This document shows positions 17,485-26,753 of a stretch of DNA of 44,739 nucleotides, one piece after another. Location of the stretch: positions 81,573 through 126,311 of the forward strand of contig MNZB01000001.1 of NCBI GenBank assembly GCA_001873435.1, in the 5' to 3' direction. Within the stretch, counting starts at the first letter, position 1. Every line of letters starts with the position of its first letter. Both the position numbers and the translations under genes were made by a program. The notes below the pieces were generated by a model. That model worked only from the letters and a program-made list of their open reading frames with translations, ran no database searches and had not been told where the DNA came from. The DNA comes from Candidatus Pacebacteria bacterium CG2_30_36_39. GTDB lineage: Bacteria; Patescibacteriota; Microgenomatia; UBA1400; PJMF01.

Positions 17485-18641
17485 AAGGTTTCTTTCTGTT
17501 TTTGTTGCCAGTTATATTGCACCACTTGGGTGAATTGTTGCACGAATGTATTTGTATCATATTTTTTAGCGTTGTGGATAAGCTGACTTGGGTTAAATTT
17601 TGTATTCTCGAGGGAAATAATGGCTTTTTCAATTTCTGCAGTTTTTTCTTGAGAAATATGAATGCCATGAAAAGTATGATCAATACACTCGGCAACACCA
17701 CTTTTACAATTTACCAATACTGGCTTGCCATAGCTATTTGCTTCTAAGCCAACAATGCCAAAATCTTCTTCTCCTGGCATTAACAACGCATCACACTGTG
17801 TGTATAGGGTATGAAGTTTTGTTTCACTAATGAATGGATACCAAAAAGTGTAGTTAGTAAAAAATGTTTGTAGTTTTTTACGTTCTGGCCCATCTCCAAC
17901 AATTACTAAATTCTTTTTTAAGTTATTACAAGCAACAATGGCTTGTTCCAAGTGTTTGTAAGAAACTAAACGAGAAACCATTAATAAGTAGTTAGTTGGC
18001 TGGTTTTCAATTCTTATGTTATTTTCTTTGTCCAATGAAGCCATGGTAACTGGTGGATAAATTACAGTAGTGGCTTTGATATTTGGATAATATTTTTTTA
18101 TTCTTTGCCCTACTCTTTGTGAAATGGGGATAATCGTGTCTGGACGAAAAATAGCTTGTTGATCCCACCAAGTGAGGTAGTTTAATAATTTCTCCGCCAA
18201 CCACTTCATTCCTGGTATTTTAAAAATGTAATGTGACTGCAAACTATGTTCTCTATCTTGGTAGAGATATCTTGGTGGAGTTAATAAATAACAAACGTGT
18301 AGTTGATGAGGCAGAGTAAGTATGCCTTTAGCTTCGGCACTAGTAATAGAAATTATGATGTCATAGCTACTAAAATCAAAACTTTCAAAGGCTATTGGCA
18401 TTAAAAAGGGAATCCAACGGTGAAGCTTGTTTAACCAAGGAAATTTGTTTAAAAAACTAGGTTTTACTAATGGAAAGACTTTGGCCCAAGTAGCTTTTTT
18501 GGGGTCATAAACTGCAGTATAAAGAGGAGCTTTTGGATAAGCAGTATGTAGAGCCAATAAGACATCTTCGGCTCCACCAAATGCTGTGTTAACACGATCA
18601 TAAACTAGGGCAACCTTAGGTTGCTGTACTTGTTTAGGCAT
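17481..18641 (-). CDS. Glycosyltransferase, GT-B fold (GT4-like)
   Basis: The C-terminal 'LLMPGEEDFGIVGLEANSYGKPVLV' is the GT4 EX7E-type region. 4-nt overlap with manC. Confidence 0.8.
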   Translation of the reverse strand: MPKQVQQPKVALVYDRVNTAFGGAEDVLLALHTAYPKAPLYTAVYDPKKATWAKVFPLVKPSFLNKFPWLNKLHRWIPFLMPIAFESFDFSSYDIIISITSAEAKGILTLPHQLHVCYLLTPPRYLYQDREHSLQSHYIFKIPGMKWLAEKLLNYLTWWDQQAIFRPDTIIPISQRVGQRIKKYYPNIKATTVIYPPVTMASLDKENNIRIENQPTNYLLMVSRLVSYKHLEQAIVACNNLKKNLVIVGDGPERKKLQTFFTNYTFWYPFISETKLHTLYTQCDALLMPGEEDFGIVGLEANSYGKPVLVNCKSGVAECIDHTFHGIHISQEKTAEIEKAIISLENTKFNPSQLIHNAKKYDTNTFVQQFTQVVQYNWQQKQKETL

Positions 18642-19737
18642 GGTTTTGTTTTAAAACTTGTTGATAGATTTTGAAAGTTTTATCAGTCATTTTATCCCAA
18701 GAAAAGCTTTTTACTCTATCTTTACCAGCTTTAGTTAAAAATTTTCTTGATGAATTAAGAGCATGAATGGTTTCTAAAAGTTCTGCGCTAGAAAGTGGGT
18801 TAAAGTATGCAGCGGCATTTTTATAGATTTCTCTGAAAATGGGGATGTCTGAAGCAATTACTGACAGGCCAACGGCCATAGCTTCAAGTCCTGGTAGGCC
18901 AAAGCCTTCGGAAAATGAAGGAAATACTAGGGCAAAGCTTTCTTCGTAGAGTTTGATTAAGTCTTTGTCAGATAGTTTGCCTAGAAATTCAACTTGGTTT
19001 GTTAATTTATAGTTTTTTACTAGGGTTTTAGTATTGTCTTGAAAAACATTACGAGAACCGACTAGTTTTAATGAAAAATCTGGTAGTTTTTGTAGGGCCT
19101 GAAAAACAACCTTAATATTTTTATGAGGATAAAGTGAGCCGGTATAAACTAATTGTTTTTTTCTTGGTTTTTCTTTTATTTCATGATCGAGATAGGTTTG
19201 TTCTACTCCTTCATATGTAACAATAGTTTTATCTTTTGCCTTGGGATAATATTTTGCTAAGGTTGCGGCTACAGTTGTGCTGGGCACAAAGATTTTAGCT
19301 GCTTTTTCCACTGCTTTTTTGACTGTTTCTGTGTAACCCCAATATTTTAAACGATACTTCCAAGCAGGCAGAGTTGTGACATGACTACCTCTTTGTTCAT
19401 GCCATAGTAAGTCATGAATAGTAACAACGATTTTTCCTTGATAAAAAATCGGTACATTAAAATGAGGGACATGTAGAAGATCAAGTTTTTCTTTAGCAAA
19501 GATTAAGGGAAGCTTAATTTGTTCAAGCAAGGAATAGTGACGAATTGGGGTGATTACTTCTTTAACGTGATCTAGCTTTTGGGGTAATATTTCACGAGCT
19601 TGAGTTGAGTTGCTGAAAAATAATACCCAATTGATATCTTTGTTAAGAACAAGTCTTTGGACTAGGTTTTGGGTATAACGGCCTATCCCAGCATGTTCTT
19701 GGCCAGCTAAACGACAATCAATGCCAATTCTAGTCAT
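18634..19737 (-). CDS. Glycosyltransferase family 4
   Basis: 'VFPSFSEGFGLPGLEAMAVGLSVIAS'. Confidence 0.85.
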   Translation of the reverse strand: MTRIGIDCRLAGQEHAGIGRYTQNLVQRLVLNKDINWVLFFSNSTQAREILPQKLDHVKEVITPIRHYSLLEQIKLPLIFAKEKLDLLHVPHFNVPIFYQGKIVVTIHDLLWHEQRGSHVTTLPAWKYRLKYWGYTETVKKAVEKAAKIFVPSTTVAATLAKYYPKAKDKTIVTYEGVEQTYLDHEIKEKPRKKQLVYTGSLYPHKNIKVVFQALQKLPDFSLKLVGSRNVFQDNTKTLVKNYKLTNQVEFLGKLSDKDLIKLYEESFALVFPSFSEGFGLPGLEAMAVGLSVIASDIPIFREIYKNAAAYFNPLSSAELLETIHALNSSRKFLTKAGKDRVKSFSWDKMTDKTFKIYQQVLKQNHA

Positions 19738-19740
19738 TAT

Positions 19741-20706
19741 TTATAACCCACCTTTTTTAATGAATAAGAAAGTACGAAGGAGGGTTCTAAAAAATTTAGG
19801 ATATTTATTGCTATACCACTTGTCGTAGTACATCAGCATGGTGTCATAGAACATGTTATGAACTTTTTTGGCCAAGCGAGTGGAAGAGCTTTTAATACCA
19901 GATTTGTATTTATGATGAGTGATTCTGGCTCCTGGATGAAAAACAACTTTTTTGCCTGCTTCACGGAAGCGACGACACCAATCAATGTCTTCTGCATACA
20001 TAAAGAATTGTTCATCTAAATAGCCCACTTTGTTTTGCATGAATTTGGTAGGAAAGATCATGGCTGCTCCAGTGCAAGCATCGACTTCGTGGATTTCATC
20101 TAAATTTTTAAAGGTTTGATGGTATTGGCCTAGTAATGGGCTGTTGGGAAACATTTTTTCTAGTCCAGCAAAATAGGTTAAAGAAGCCCAAGGTGTTGGT
20201 TCGCCACGATGACATGCTGGATCCAAAGATCCATCTGGCAATTCAACTCTTGGTGAAACCATGCCTACATCAGTGTTTTCATCTAAATATTTAATGATAA
20301 TATCTAGGTTTGAGGCATCACTAAATTCAGTGTCACTGTTGAGTAGCATGCTGTAACGAGCGGTGATGTGTCTTAAAGCAACATTGTTGCCTGCAGCAAA
20401 ACCAATGTTTCCTCCAGATCTAATTAGCTTTACCCATTTGAATTCTTTTTCAACCATTTCTGGTGAGCCATCATTACTATCATTATCAACTACGATTATC
20501 TCTACTTTGTATTTAGTGCGATCAAGATAAAAGTCTTTGACGCTATTTAAAGTTTTCTTCAACCAAAATTGGGTGTTAAAGTTCAAAACTATAATCGCTA
20601 GATCACTAGTTGAGTTTGAGGTTTTTATAACCATTTTTTTTTGAAGATTATTTTTCTTTTTTGGTTGAACTGCTTTCTTAACTGTTTTTTTCATTTTTTT
20701 TGCCAT
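19741..20706 (-). CDS. Glycosyltransferase family 2 (with a Lys-rich N-terminal extension)
   Basis: 'LAIIVLNFNT', 'IIVVDNDSNDGS' and 'LLNSDTEF' (DxD-like). SD AAAGGAA lies upstream of ATG 20706. 29-nt overlap with the upstream GT4 gene. Confidence 0.8.
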   Translation of the reverse strand: MAKKMKKTVKKAVQPKKKNNLQKKMVIKTSNSTSDLAIIVLNFNTQFWLKKTLNSVKDFYLDRTKYKVEIIVVDNDSNDGSPEMVEKEFKWVKLIRSGGNIGFAAGNNVALRHITARYSMLLNSDTEFSDASNLDIIIKYLDENTDVGMVSPRVELPDGSLDPACHRGEPTPWASLTYFAGLEKMFPNSPLLGQYHQTFKNLDEIHEVDACTGAAMIFPTKFMQNKVGYLDEQFFMYAEDIDWCRRFREAGKKVVFHPGARITHHKYKSGIKSSSTRLAKKVHNMFYDTMLMYYDKWYSNKYPKFFRTLLRTFLFIKKGGL

Positions 20707-21907
20707 AATTGGTTCCTTTGGTACCGATTTCTTTGTAAATCATATCAAGTTTTTGTGAAATTTCTTTCCAATCAAAGTTTTCATTAACAAATTTTTTACC
20801 ATTTTCTGATAGCTGTTGCCAGAGTTTTTTGTTTTCTATTACTTCTATAGCAAGCTTTGCCATTTCAGTGGCGGAGTTACTAGTTAAAACATGGAGGCCA
20901 TGGTTAATATCTAGGCCTTCTACGGCAATTTTTGAAGCAACTACTGGGGTGCCACTAGCCATGGCTTCCAAAATCTTGTATCTAGTGCCTTTGCCACTAA
21001 AAACTGGGGCAACCAAAACATGAGATCCTTTAAAAGCAGTTCTAATGTCCTCTACTCTGCCCAGGACATTGATTTGTTTATCTGTTTTTCCGTAATTTAA
21101 TACTTTATCTGTGGGGGCGTTGCCCACAATTAAGAGTTTTGCTGAGGGGAGTTTTTGTTTGACTAAAGGCCAAACTTTTTGGACTAGAAAATCTACGGCT
21201 TCTTGGTTTGGGAGCCATTTAAAAGTACCCACTGATAAAAGGGTTGGTTCTTTTGGTAATTGGCGGGATTTTTGGGCAAACCAGGCAGAGTCTACGCCAT
21301 TGGCAACTACATCTATTTTGTCACCAGCATTGATTTGTTTGCCAATAAAATCTTTATCATCATCGCTCATGACAATTAGTTTGTCGCAGGCTCGCCAGTA
21401 GTGTCTTTCCCAGCGGCGGATTTTTTTAATATCGGATTCTAGTAATGGACGAAATAGTTTGGGGGCTTTTTTGGCGTAGCTTTCATAACCTAAGTATTCA
21501 ATGGTTTGTTCGACTAAAATGGTGGGAATATCGTTTTCTGGCAAGTGAGGCATCATGTAGAAGGTTTCGGCGTGGATTAGATCATATTTTTCTGCATCTA
21601 GTTCTTCACGAATAGCATCGATTGCTTCTGGTACGTAGTTGCGAATGACCAAGAATGGATATGAAGAAAATAGGGCTTTAATGATGTTTTTGATGGTAAA
21701 GGGTTTTTCTGAGCGTTGAAAAACCTTGACTTTGGCACAATATTTTTCTAGTTCAGGGATGTATTGTTTTTCGTCTTGGTTTTTGATGAGAGCAAACAGG
21801 GTGATTTCATGTTTTGTAGCTAGTTTTTTGAGAAGGTTGTAGGTACGAATTTGTCCACCAGAAAGCAAGGGGTATGGTAGATATGGGGTGAGCATTAAGA
21901 TTTTCAT
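20678..21907 (-). CDS. Glycosyltransferase family 4
   Basis: 'MKILMLTPYLPYPLLSGGQIR' at the N-terminus and 'GKGTRYKILEAMASGTPVVAS' at the C-terminus. Confidence 0.85.
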   Translation of the reverse strand: MKILMLTPYLPYPLLSGGQIRTYNLLKKLATKHEITLFALIKNQDEKQYIPELEKYCAKVKVFQRSEKPFTIKNIIKALFSSYPFLVIRNYVPEAIDAIREELDAEKYDLIHAETFYMMPHLPENDIPTILVEQTIEYLGYESYAKKAPKLFRPLLESDIKKIRRWERHYWRACDKLIVMSDDDKDFIGKQINAGDKIDVVANGVDSAWFAQKSRQLPKEPTLLSVGTFKWLPNQEAVDFLVQKVWPLVKQKLPSAKLLIVGNAPTDKVLNYGKTDKQINVLGRVEDIRTAFKGSHVLVAPVFSGKGTRYKILEAMASGTPVVASKIAVEGLDINHGLHVLTSNSATEMAKLAIEVIENKKLWQQLSENGKKFVNENFDWKEISQKLDMIYKEIGTKGTNYGKKNEKNS

Positions 21908-21911
21908 ATGG

Positions 21912-23363
21912 TTATGGTTTTTGGTTTCTTAAATCTAATAATAGGTATTTGTCTGTTTTGGTTATTGTAAGGTATTTTGCTTCCAAAGCACGGGCTTCAT
22001 CATCATAGCTGGTGGTTAGGTAATATTCTGCTCCCATAGTAATTTTATTATCAATGTCGAAGCCAATTGGCCAGCCGGTGCGGTTGGTTTGGAATAAAAA
22101 GATGGTATCGCCAAAGGCTGGAGCAATTATTTTTGTTTCTGGTGGTAGTAGTTTGTTGGCGGCGGCTCCGGCTTCAACATACTCCCAATGGTTGACATTG
22201 AAGTAGCCTTTGACTTGCTGCCAGGCAAGTAGCCAGCTGGTAATGGCAAGTAGAATGACCATGGTTTTGAAGAGAATAGTTTTTTTAGTGGCTTTTTCCC
22301 ACAGCCAATAGAAGCCGCTGCCGACTAGTAAGGAGATGAATGGGATAAAAATTACTTGGTAATAGTCATGTTGAACGTTGCCAGTAGCAATGACTATTAG
22401 ATAAGTGAGCAGTCCAATTCCCCAGGCCCAAAGCACTGTTTTGAGTGGTTTTTTATTGGTAAAGAAAGCAAGTGTGACAGGGATAATTCCTACAAAGCCT
22501 AAGATTAGCTTGGTGAGGCGTTCGTAGAATAGCCAGCGAAACCAAGCTGGTCTAAGGCGGATGAGGTTGCTGTTGAACAACCAGTCTGAGGCAGGGATGC
22601 CGCTAGGAAATTGGAGGATCCAGTTTCTCCACCACCAAAATGGTAGTAAGGCAATTAGGCCGAAAGCTATCCAGCTCCAGGAAAATAGTTTTTTGATTGG
22701 TTGGTTTTGAAAGTATAGGACTAAGTAGATTGGGATGAGAAAAACTACAAATGGTTTAAGTAGAATGGCTAGGCCTAGAAGCATGGCTGAGAGCCAAAAG
22801 CTTGGGTTGGTATAGATTTGTTTTGTTTTTATTGCTTGGAGAAAGAAGTAGAGTGAGCCGGTGCTAAAGAGTAAGAGAAATGGTTCTGGCAAGACTACTC
22901 TGGAGTAGTAGATGTTGTAAGGGATTAGAGCAAAGGCAAGGCCTACGAAGTTGGCTAGTTTGTCGTTTTTGGTTAGTAGTTTGGTGAAGTTGTAGAGAAA
23001 GTATACGGTGCCAAGTGAGGCTAAAACAGAAAAAATGCGGCTAGTGAGAACTAGTGGTAGGGCTGGGATGAGGCGTAGTACTCCAGCGATTAGGCCGTTG
23101 ATGAGTGGGAACTCAACCATTCGGTAGCCAGCTAAATTTTCATGGCCAGATTGGATGTTGGATAGATCATGGTAGTGAGGTTCTAGTAGGTTGATGCCGT
23201 TTTTGACGTACTCGCGCGTTACAGAGGCTGTGTCTGCTTGACGAAAGGCATGCCAGTCGGCAATGGGGTTGTTAATGCGGTATAAGCGTGGGATGAGGGT
23301 CAACAAAATGAGTAACAAGACTTGCTTGTGAGTCTTACTCAGTTGTTGCCAAATTTTATTCAT
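21912..23363 (-). CDS. GT-C fold membrane glycosyltransferase (GT39/ArnT/PMT-like)
   Basis: More than 10 TM helices. First-loop motif 'ADWHAFRQADTASVTREY'. Size and topology are typical of polyprenyl-P-sugar dependent GT-C enzymes. Confidence 0.6.
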   Translation of the reverse strand: MNKIWQQLSKTHKQVLLLILLTLIPRLYRINNPIADWHAFRQADTASVTREYVKNGINLLEPHYHDLSNIQSGHENLAGYRMVEFPLINGLIAGVLRLIPALPLVLTSRIFSVLASLGTVYFLYNFTKLLTKNDKLANFVGLAFALIPYNIYYSRVVLPEPFLLLFSTGSLYFFLQAIKTKQIYTNPSFWLSAMLLGLAILLKPFVVFLIPIYLVLYFQNQPIKKLFSWSWIAFGLIALLPFWWWRNWILQFPSGIPASDWLFNSNLIRLRPAWFRWLFYERLTKLILGFVGIIPVTLAFFTNKKPLKTVLWAWGIGLLTYLIVIATGNVQHDYYQVIFIPFISLLVGSGFYWLWEKATKKTILFKTMVILLAITSWLLAWQQVKGYFNVNHWEYVEAGAAANKLLPPETKIIAPAFGDTIFLFQTNRTGWPIGFDIDNKITMGAEYYLTTSYDDEARALEAKYLTITKTDKYLLLDLRNQKP

Positions 23364-23367
23364 GTTT

Positions 23368-25062
23368 TTACTTTTTTTTACGGTTTAAAATTGTTTTTTT
23401 ATCTTTTGGTAGTGAGAGGGTGGCCAGTACCAGGCCAACTACTCCCCAGTAGCTAAAAGCGACTTTGGAGGCAGCATAAACATCAATATATGAGGCATTG
23501 GCCATTAGGCCGATGGAGCCTGCAAATAGGCCAATTGCCAGAGCAGAGTTTAAGATGTCTTGATCAAAGATATGTTTAAGAGCTACTTTCATGGCTAGGA
23601 TGATGATGCCGAAGAAAGCTAGGAAGCCTAATAAGCCGGTTTCTCCTAAGACTCTCAAGAAGTTGTTGTCGGTGCTTTCTGCTTCAGTGAATTGGATGAC
23701 TGTTTCTTTATTTAGAGTTGCGTAGCCACTGCCTAGTAATGGGTTTCTCATGAAGCCTTTGATGGCGTTGGGCCAGAGGGTGTCTAGGCGTATAGCCATG
23801 GATAAACCATATTTTAGGGCATTGGCCGACCAGGTTCGTTCTTTTTCTACTGTGGTTGTGGTGGTGGTGCCATCAGAGTTTTGTGTTTTGACTTCAACAA
23901 TATCTGGAATGTCTTTGTAAACATCACTTGGTCTAGTAACAGGTTGTTGGTCTGTAGCAGTTAAGACTGGAGCTAGGTCATCAGAATTATCAAAGCCAAT
24001 AGAGTTTTCTGGTGGACCTAGTTCAATAATTCCAAGCCAATCATAGAAACGATCTCTGGTTTTTTTACGTTCAGCATTGAGTTCATCAAAAGTTTTTTTA
24101 CCCTGGTCATAATAGGCCATTACTTGAGGATACCCTTCAATGACTTGTAAGAATCTCTCTGACATATCACTGCCAAAAACCAGCATTAAAGAGAGGGTTA
24201 AAGAGCCAATAGCAAATGATTTTTTAATAAAAGACCAAAGTTTTTTTAACCAAGTTTTTTCTTGCCAGGCTACAAAGAGCAGGACAAAGAATACTGCCAG
24301 ACCATAGGCAGCAAATGGAGCTCTGGAAGCACTCATAATCAATAGCCATAGACCAAAAGCGTGAACAAATTGGAAGATTCTTTTTTCCCATTTCTTTTTG
24401 CTTAAAAAAGCGAAGCTCAGAAGAATTGGCAGAACTACAACTAGATATGCACCCAAATCATAATGACCACCAAAAGTAGATTGAACACGAGCGTGCTCTG
24501 TTAAATAGAGTCTGACTCCTTTGCTGAACTCACGATTCATCGTTGAGTAGACAGGCCAATACCAATATTTTTGGCCAATACCATAGAAACTAACAATAAA
24601 AACTGTAAAAACAAGGCTCCAAACCACAGTCTTGGCTTGTTTCGGCGTTTCTATTGAAGCGTACATAATGATAAAAAGGAAAAAATATTCTAGATAACGC
24701 AAATAGTGTAAAACAGATTTACCAACATGAATTAATTCTGCAGGAATAGTTTGAGTAATTAGAACAGCTGAGAGAAGAGAAAGAAAACCTATGCCAGCAT
24801 AAGTACCAAGGAGTTTGAATAGCGGTGATTTCCAGGTGATTTTTTTTCTAAAAACTTGAGTAACCCAGATTATTCCAGCTAAGATCATTAGCATGTCTTC
24901 AAATCTGACTCTTACAATATAGCCTGGGATGACATCAAATAAAGGAATCTTGGGATAAAGAGGAATAAAGGTTAACAAGAAGGTGCTGAAAACAAACATT
25001 AAATTGTTGTCAGCCCAGTTAATGATTTTTTGCCAAAAACTCAAATTTTTCTTTTTAAGCAT
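23368..25062 (-). CDS. O-antigen ligase/polymerase-like (Wzy_C family) membrane protein
   Basis: Polytopic. 'MRNPLLGSGYATL...TDNNFLRVLGETGLLGF' resembles the O-antigen ligase C-terminal motif. Has a long hydrophilic loop at about residues 298-425. Confidence 0.65.
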   Translation of the reverse strand: MLKKKNLSFWQKIINWADNNLMFVFSTFLLTFIPLYPKIPLFDVIPGYIVRVRFEDMLMILAGIIWVTQVFRKKITWKSPLFKLLGTYAGIGFLSLLSAVLITQTIPAELIHVGKSVLHYLRYLEYFFLFIIMYASIETPKQAKTVVWSLVFTVFIVSFYGIGQKYWYWPVYSTMNREFSKGVRLYLTEHARVQSTFGGHYDLGAYLVVVLPILLSFAFLSKKKWEKRIFQFVHAFGLWLLIMSASRAPFAAYGLAVFFVLLFVAWQEKTWLKKLWSFIKKSFAIGSLTLSLMLVFGSDMSERFLQVIEGYPQVMAYYDQGKKTFDELNAERKKTRDRFYDWLGIIELGPPENSIGFDNSDDLAPVLTATDQQPVTRPSDVYKDIPDIVEVKTQNSDGTTTTTTVEKERTWSANALKYGLSMAIRLDTLWPNAIKGFMRNPLLGSGYATLNKETVIQFTEAESTDNNFLRVLGETGLLGFLAFFGIIILAMKVALKHIFDQDILNSALAIGLFAGSIGLMANASYIDVYAASKVAFSYWGVVGLVLATLSLPKDKKTILNRKKK

Positions 25063-25065
25063 AAA

Positions 25066-26079
25066 TTAAAAACTCCAAATTTTACTTAAAATACGATGGT
25101 AAATTCCAGCACGACGCTCGTCTTTGGTTATAAATTTATGGAGCCACAAACGGAGCAAAGCGCCTTTCCATAAAATCATTTTCATAATAGGCATTTGCCA
25201 GCTGGGTTTAAACTTGGACCACAAATAAACATAGCCCTTCATTTCGCCGGTTAGAGCATTTTCTGATCCAGCACTGACATTGCCAAGATGAATGATTTTA
25301 GCTTGGGGTTGAATAGCAATGTCCCAGTGATGATGTTTGGCTCGCATGCAATATTCGATGTCTTCACCATACATAAAGATGCCGTCATCAAGCATTCCTA
25401 TCTCATCAATAACTTCTTTACGGATCATCATGGCGGTGCCACCCAACCAGTCTACTGAAGTAAGTTTTTTGTCTGATTTTTTCATTCTCTCATTGCGACC
25501 AGTATGTTGGGTTGAAGGAATAAATTTGCCAATAACTGGTAGATCATCTAGGAATAGCATTTGAGCTGAGAGCGACAGGAGGCTAGGGAAATTTCCTCCT
25601 TGGGCTTGGAGAGTTTTATCGGTGTTCAAGAGCATTGGCGCAATGATGCCCAGTCTATCAGTAAAAGATTTTTCTTCAGAATCAAGGTGGGCTGTAGCTT
25701 CTTTTATTTGGTGCTCTGCGAATGTTTCTAGAAGTATTTTAAAGGCACCTCTTTGAGTAATAGTATCGGAGTTAAGCAGAATAACTGCTTTAGCATCAGA
25801 TTGTTTGATGGCCTGATTATTAGCCCAAGCGAAGCCATTATTATCTTTATTGGCAATTACTGTGTATTTCACGTTTTGCTTGGCCATGAATTTTTTTACT
25901 GCTTCTACAGAACCGTCTTTGGAGTCGTTATCAACGATGAAAAATTCAACTCTATTCAAGAGATTGTCTGCTTTAAGATCAGCAATGGCAGTTTCTAGGG
26001 TTTGAATGGTGATGAGTTTGGTGTTGTAAGAAACAACGATAATTGACAGATCAAGGGTGGTAGAAGTATTTTTTGCCAT
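25066..26079 (-). CDS. Glycosyltransferase family 2
   Basis: 'LSIIVVSYNT', 'FIVDNDSKDGS', 'LLNSDT' and 'FMYGEDIEYCMR'. Confidence 0.85.
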   Translation of the reverse strand: MAKNTSTTLDLSIIVVSYNTKLITIQTLETAIADLKADNLLNRVEFFIVDNDSKDGSVEAVKKFMAKQNVKYTVIANKDNNGFAWANNQAIKQSDAKAVILLNSDTITQRGAFKILLETFAEHQIKEATAHLDSEEKSFTDRLGIIAPMLLNTDKTLQAQGGNFPSLLSLSAQMLFLDDLPVIGKFIPSTQHTGRNERMKKSDKKLTSVDWLGGTAMMIRKEVIDEIGMLDDGIFMYGEDIEYCMRAKHHHWDIAIQPQAKIIHLGNVSAGSENALTGEMKGYVYLWSKFKPSWQMPIMKMILWKGALLRLWLHKFITKDERRAGIYHRILSKIWSF

Positions 26080-26086
26080 AGTTTTC

Positions 26087-26710
26087 TTATTGGAACAAAC
26101 GAGGGCGGCCTAATTTGTATTTGTACTCTGAGAGTTTACGTTTACTAATTTCTTTGGCTGGGGTACCAGCGACGATTGAGCCTGGTTCTACATTTTTAGT
26201 AACGATTGCTCCAGCTGCTACAATAGCGCCTTTGCCGATGGTTACTCCTGGAAGAATAATGGCGCGAGGGCCAATGAAGACATAGTCTTCAACTATAACT
26301 TTGGCTTCAATAGGTTTCATGTCTATTGAGTGGATATCATGTTCACTGGTCCAGATCATGACTTCAGAGGCAATGTCGACGTGGTTGCCGATTATGAGTC
26401 CGCCTTGGGAGTTGGGTAGTTGTTTGCGGCCATCAAGAGTGGCTTTTTCTCCCACCAGGGTTCCTGTGCCAATTTTAATATGGCGTGGATCATAGATGCG
26501 GGCCATCATGTGAATAGTGGATCCCTCCCCTATTTGTAGGCCAAAGGCTCTGTAAAAAAATGTTCTAATAGAGTGAAATGGAATGAAGCCGACACACCAC
26601 CAGAGCCAGCCAGTTACAAGTTCTAGGTAGATAGCATTAATGCGACCAACTATCTTGGTTAAGATTTCAGTTTGAGTTAATGAATTGCCGTCTTTATCAG
26701 TGATTGGCAT
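26087..26710 (-). CDS. Hexapeptide-repeat (LbH) O-acetyltransferase with an N-terminal membrane segment
   Basis: The imperfect hexapeptide run '[13 protein letters not shown]...[13 protein letters not shown]...[27 protein letters not shown]' is typical of sugar O-acetyltransferases. Confidence 0.8.
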   Translation of the reverse strand: MPITDKDGNSLTQTEILTKIVGRINAIYLELVTGWLWWCVGFIPFHSIRTFFYRAFGLQIGEGSTIHMMARIYDPRHIKIGTGTLVGEKATLDGRKQLPNSQGGLIIGNHVDIASEVMIWTSEHDIHSIDMKPIEAKVIVEDYVFIGPRAIILPGVTIGKGAIVAAGAIVTKNVEPGSIVAGTPAKEISKRKLSEYKYKLGRPRLFQ

Positions 26711-26753
26711 ATATAAGGAATAGTATAGTGCAGACTACTAGATATGGCAAAGG

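Noticed and set aside
23861-23880. GTGGTTGTGGTGGTGGTG micro-repeat.
   Set aside because: It is simply the coding sequence (reverse strand) for the Thr run inside the O-antigen-ligase-like loop, not an independent repeat element.
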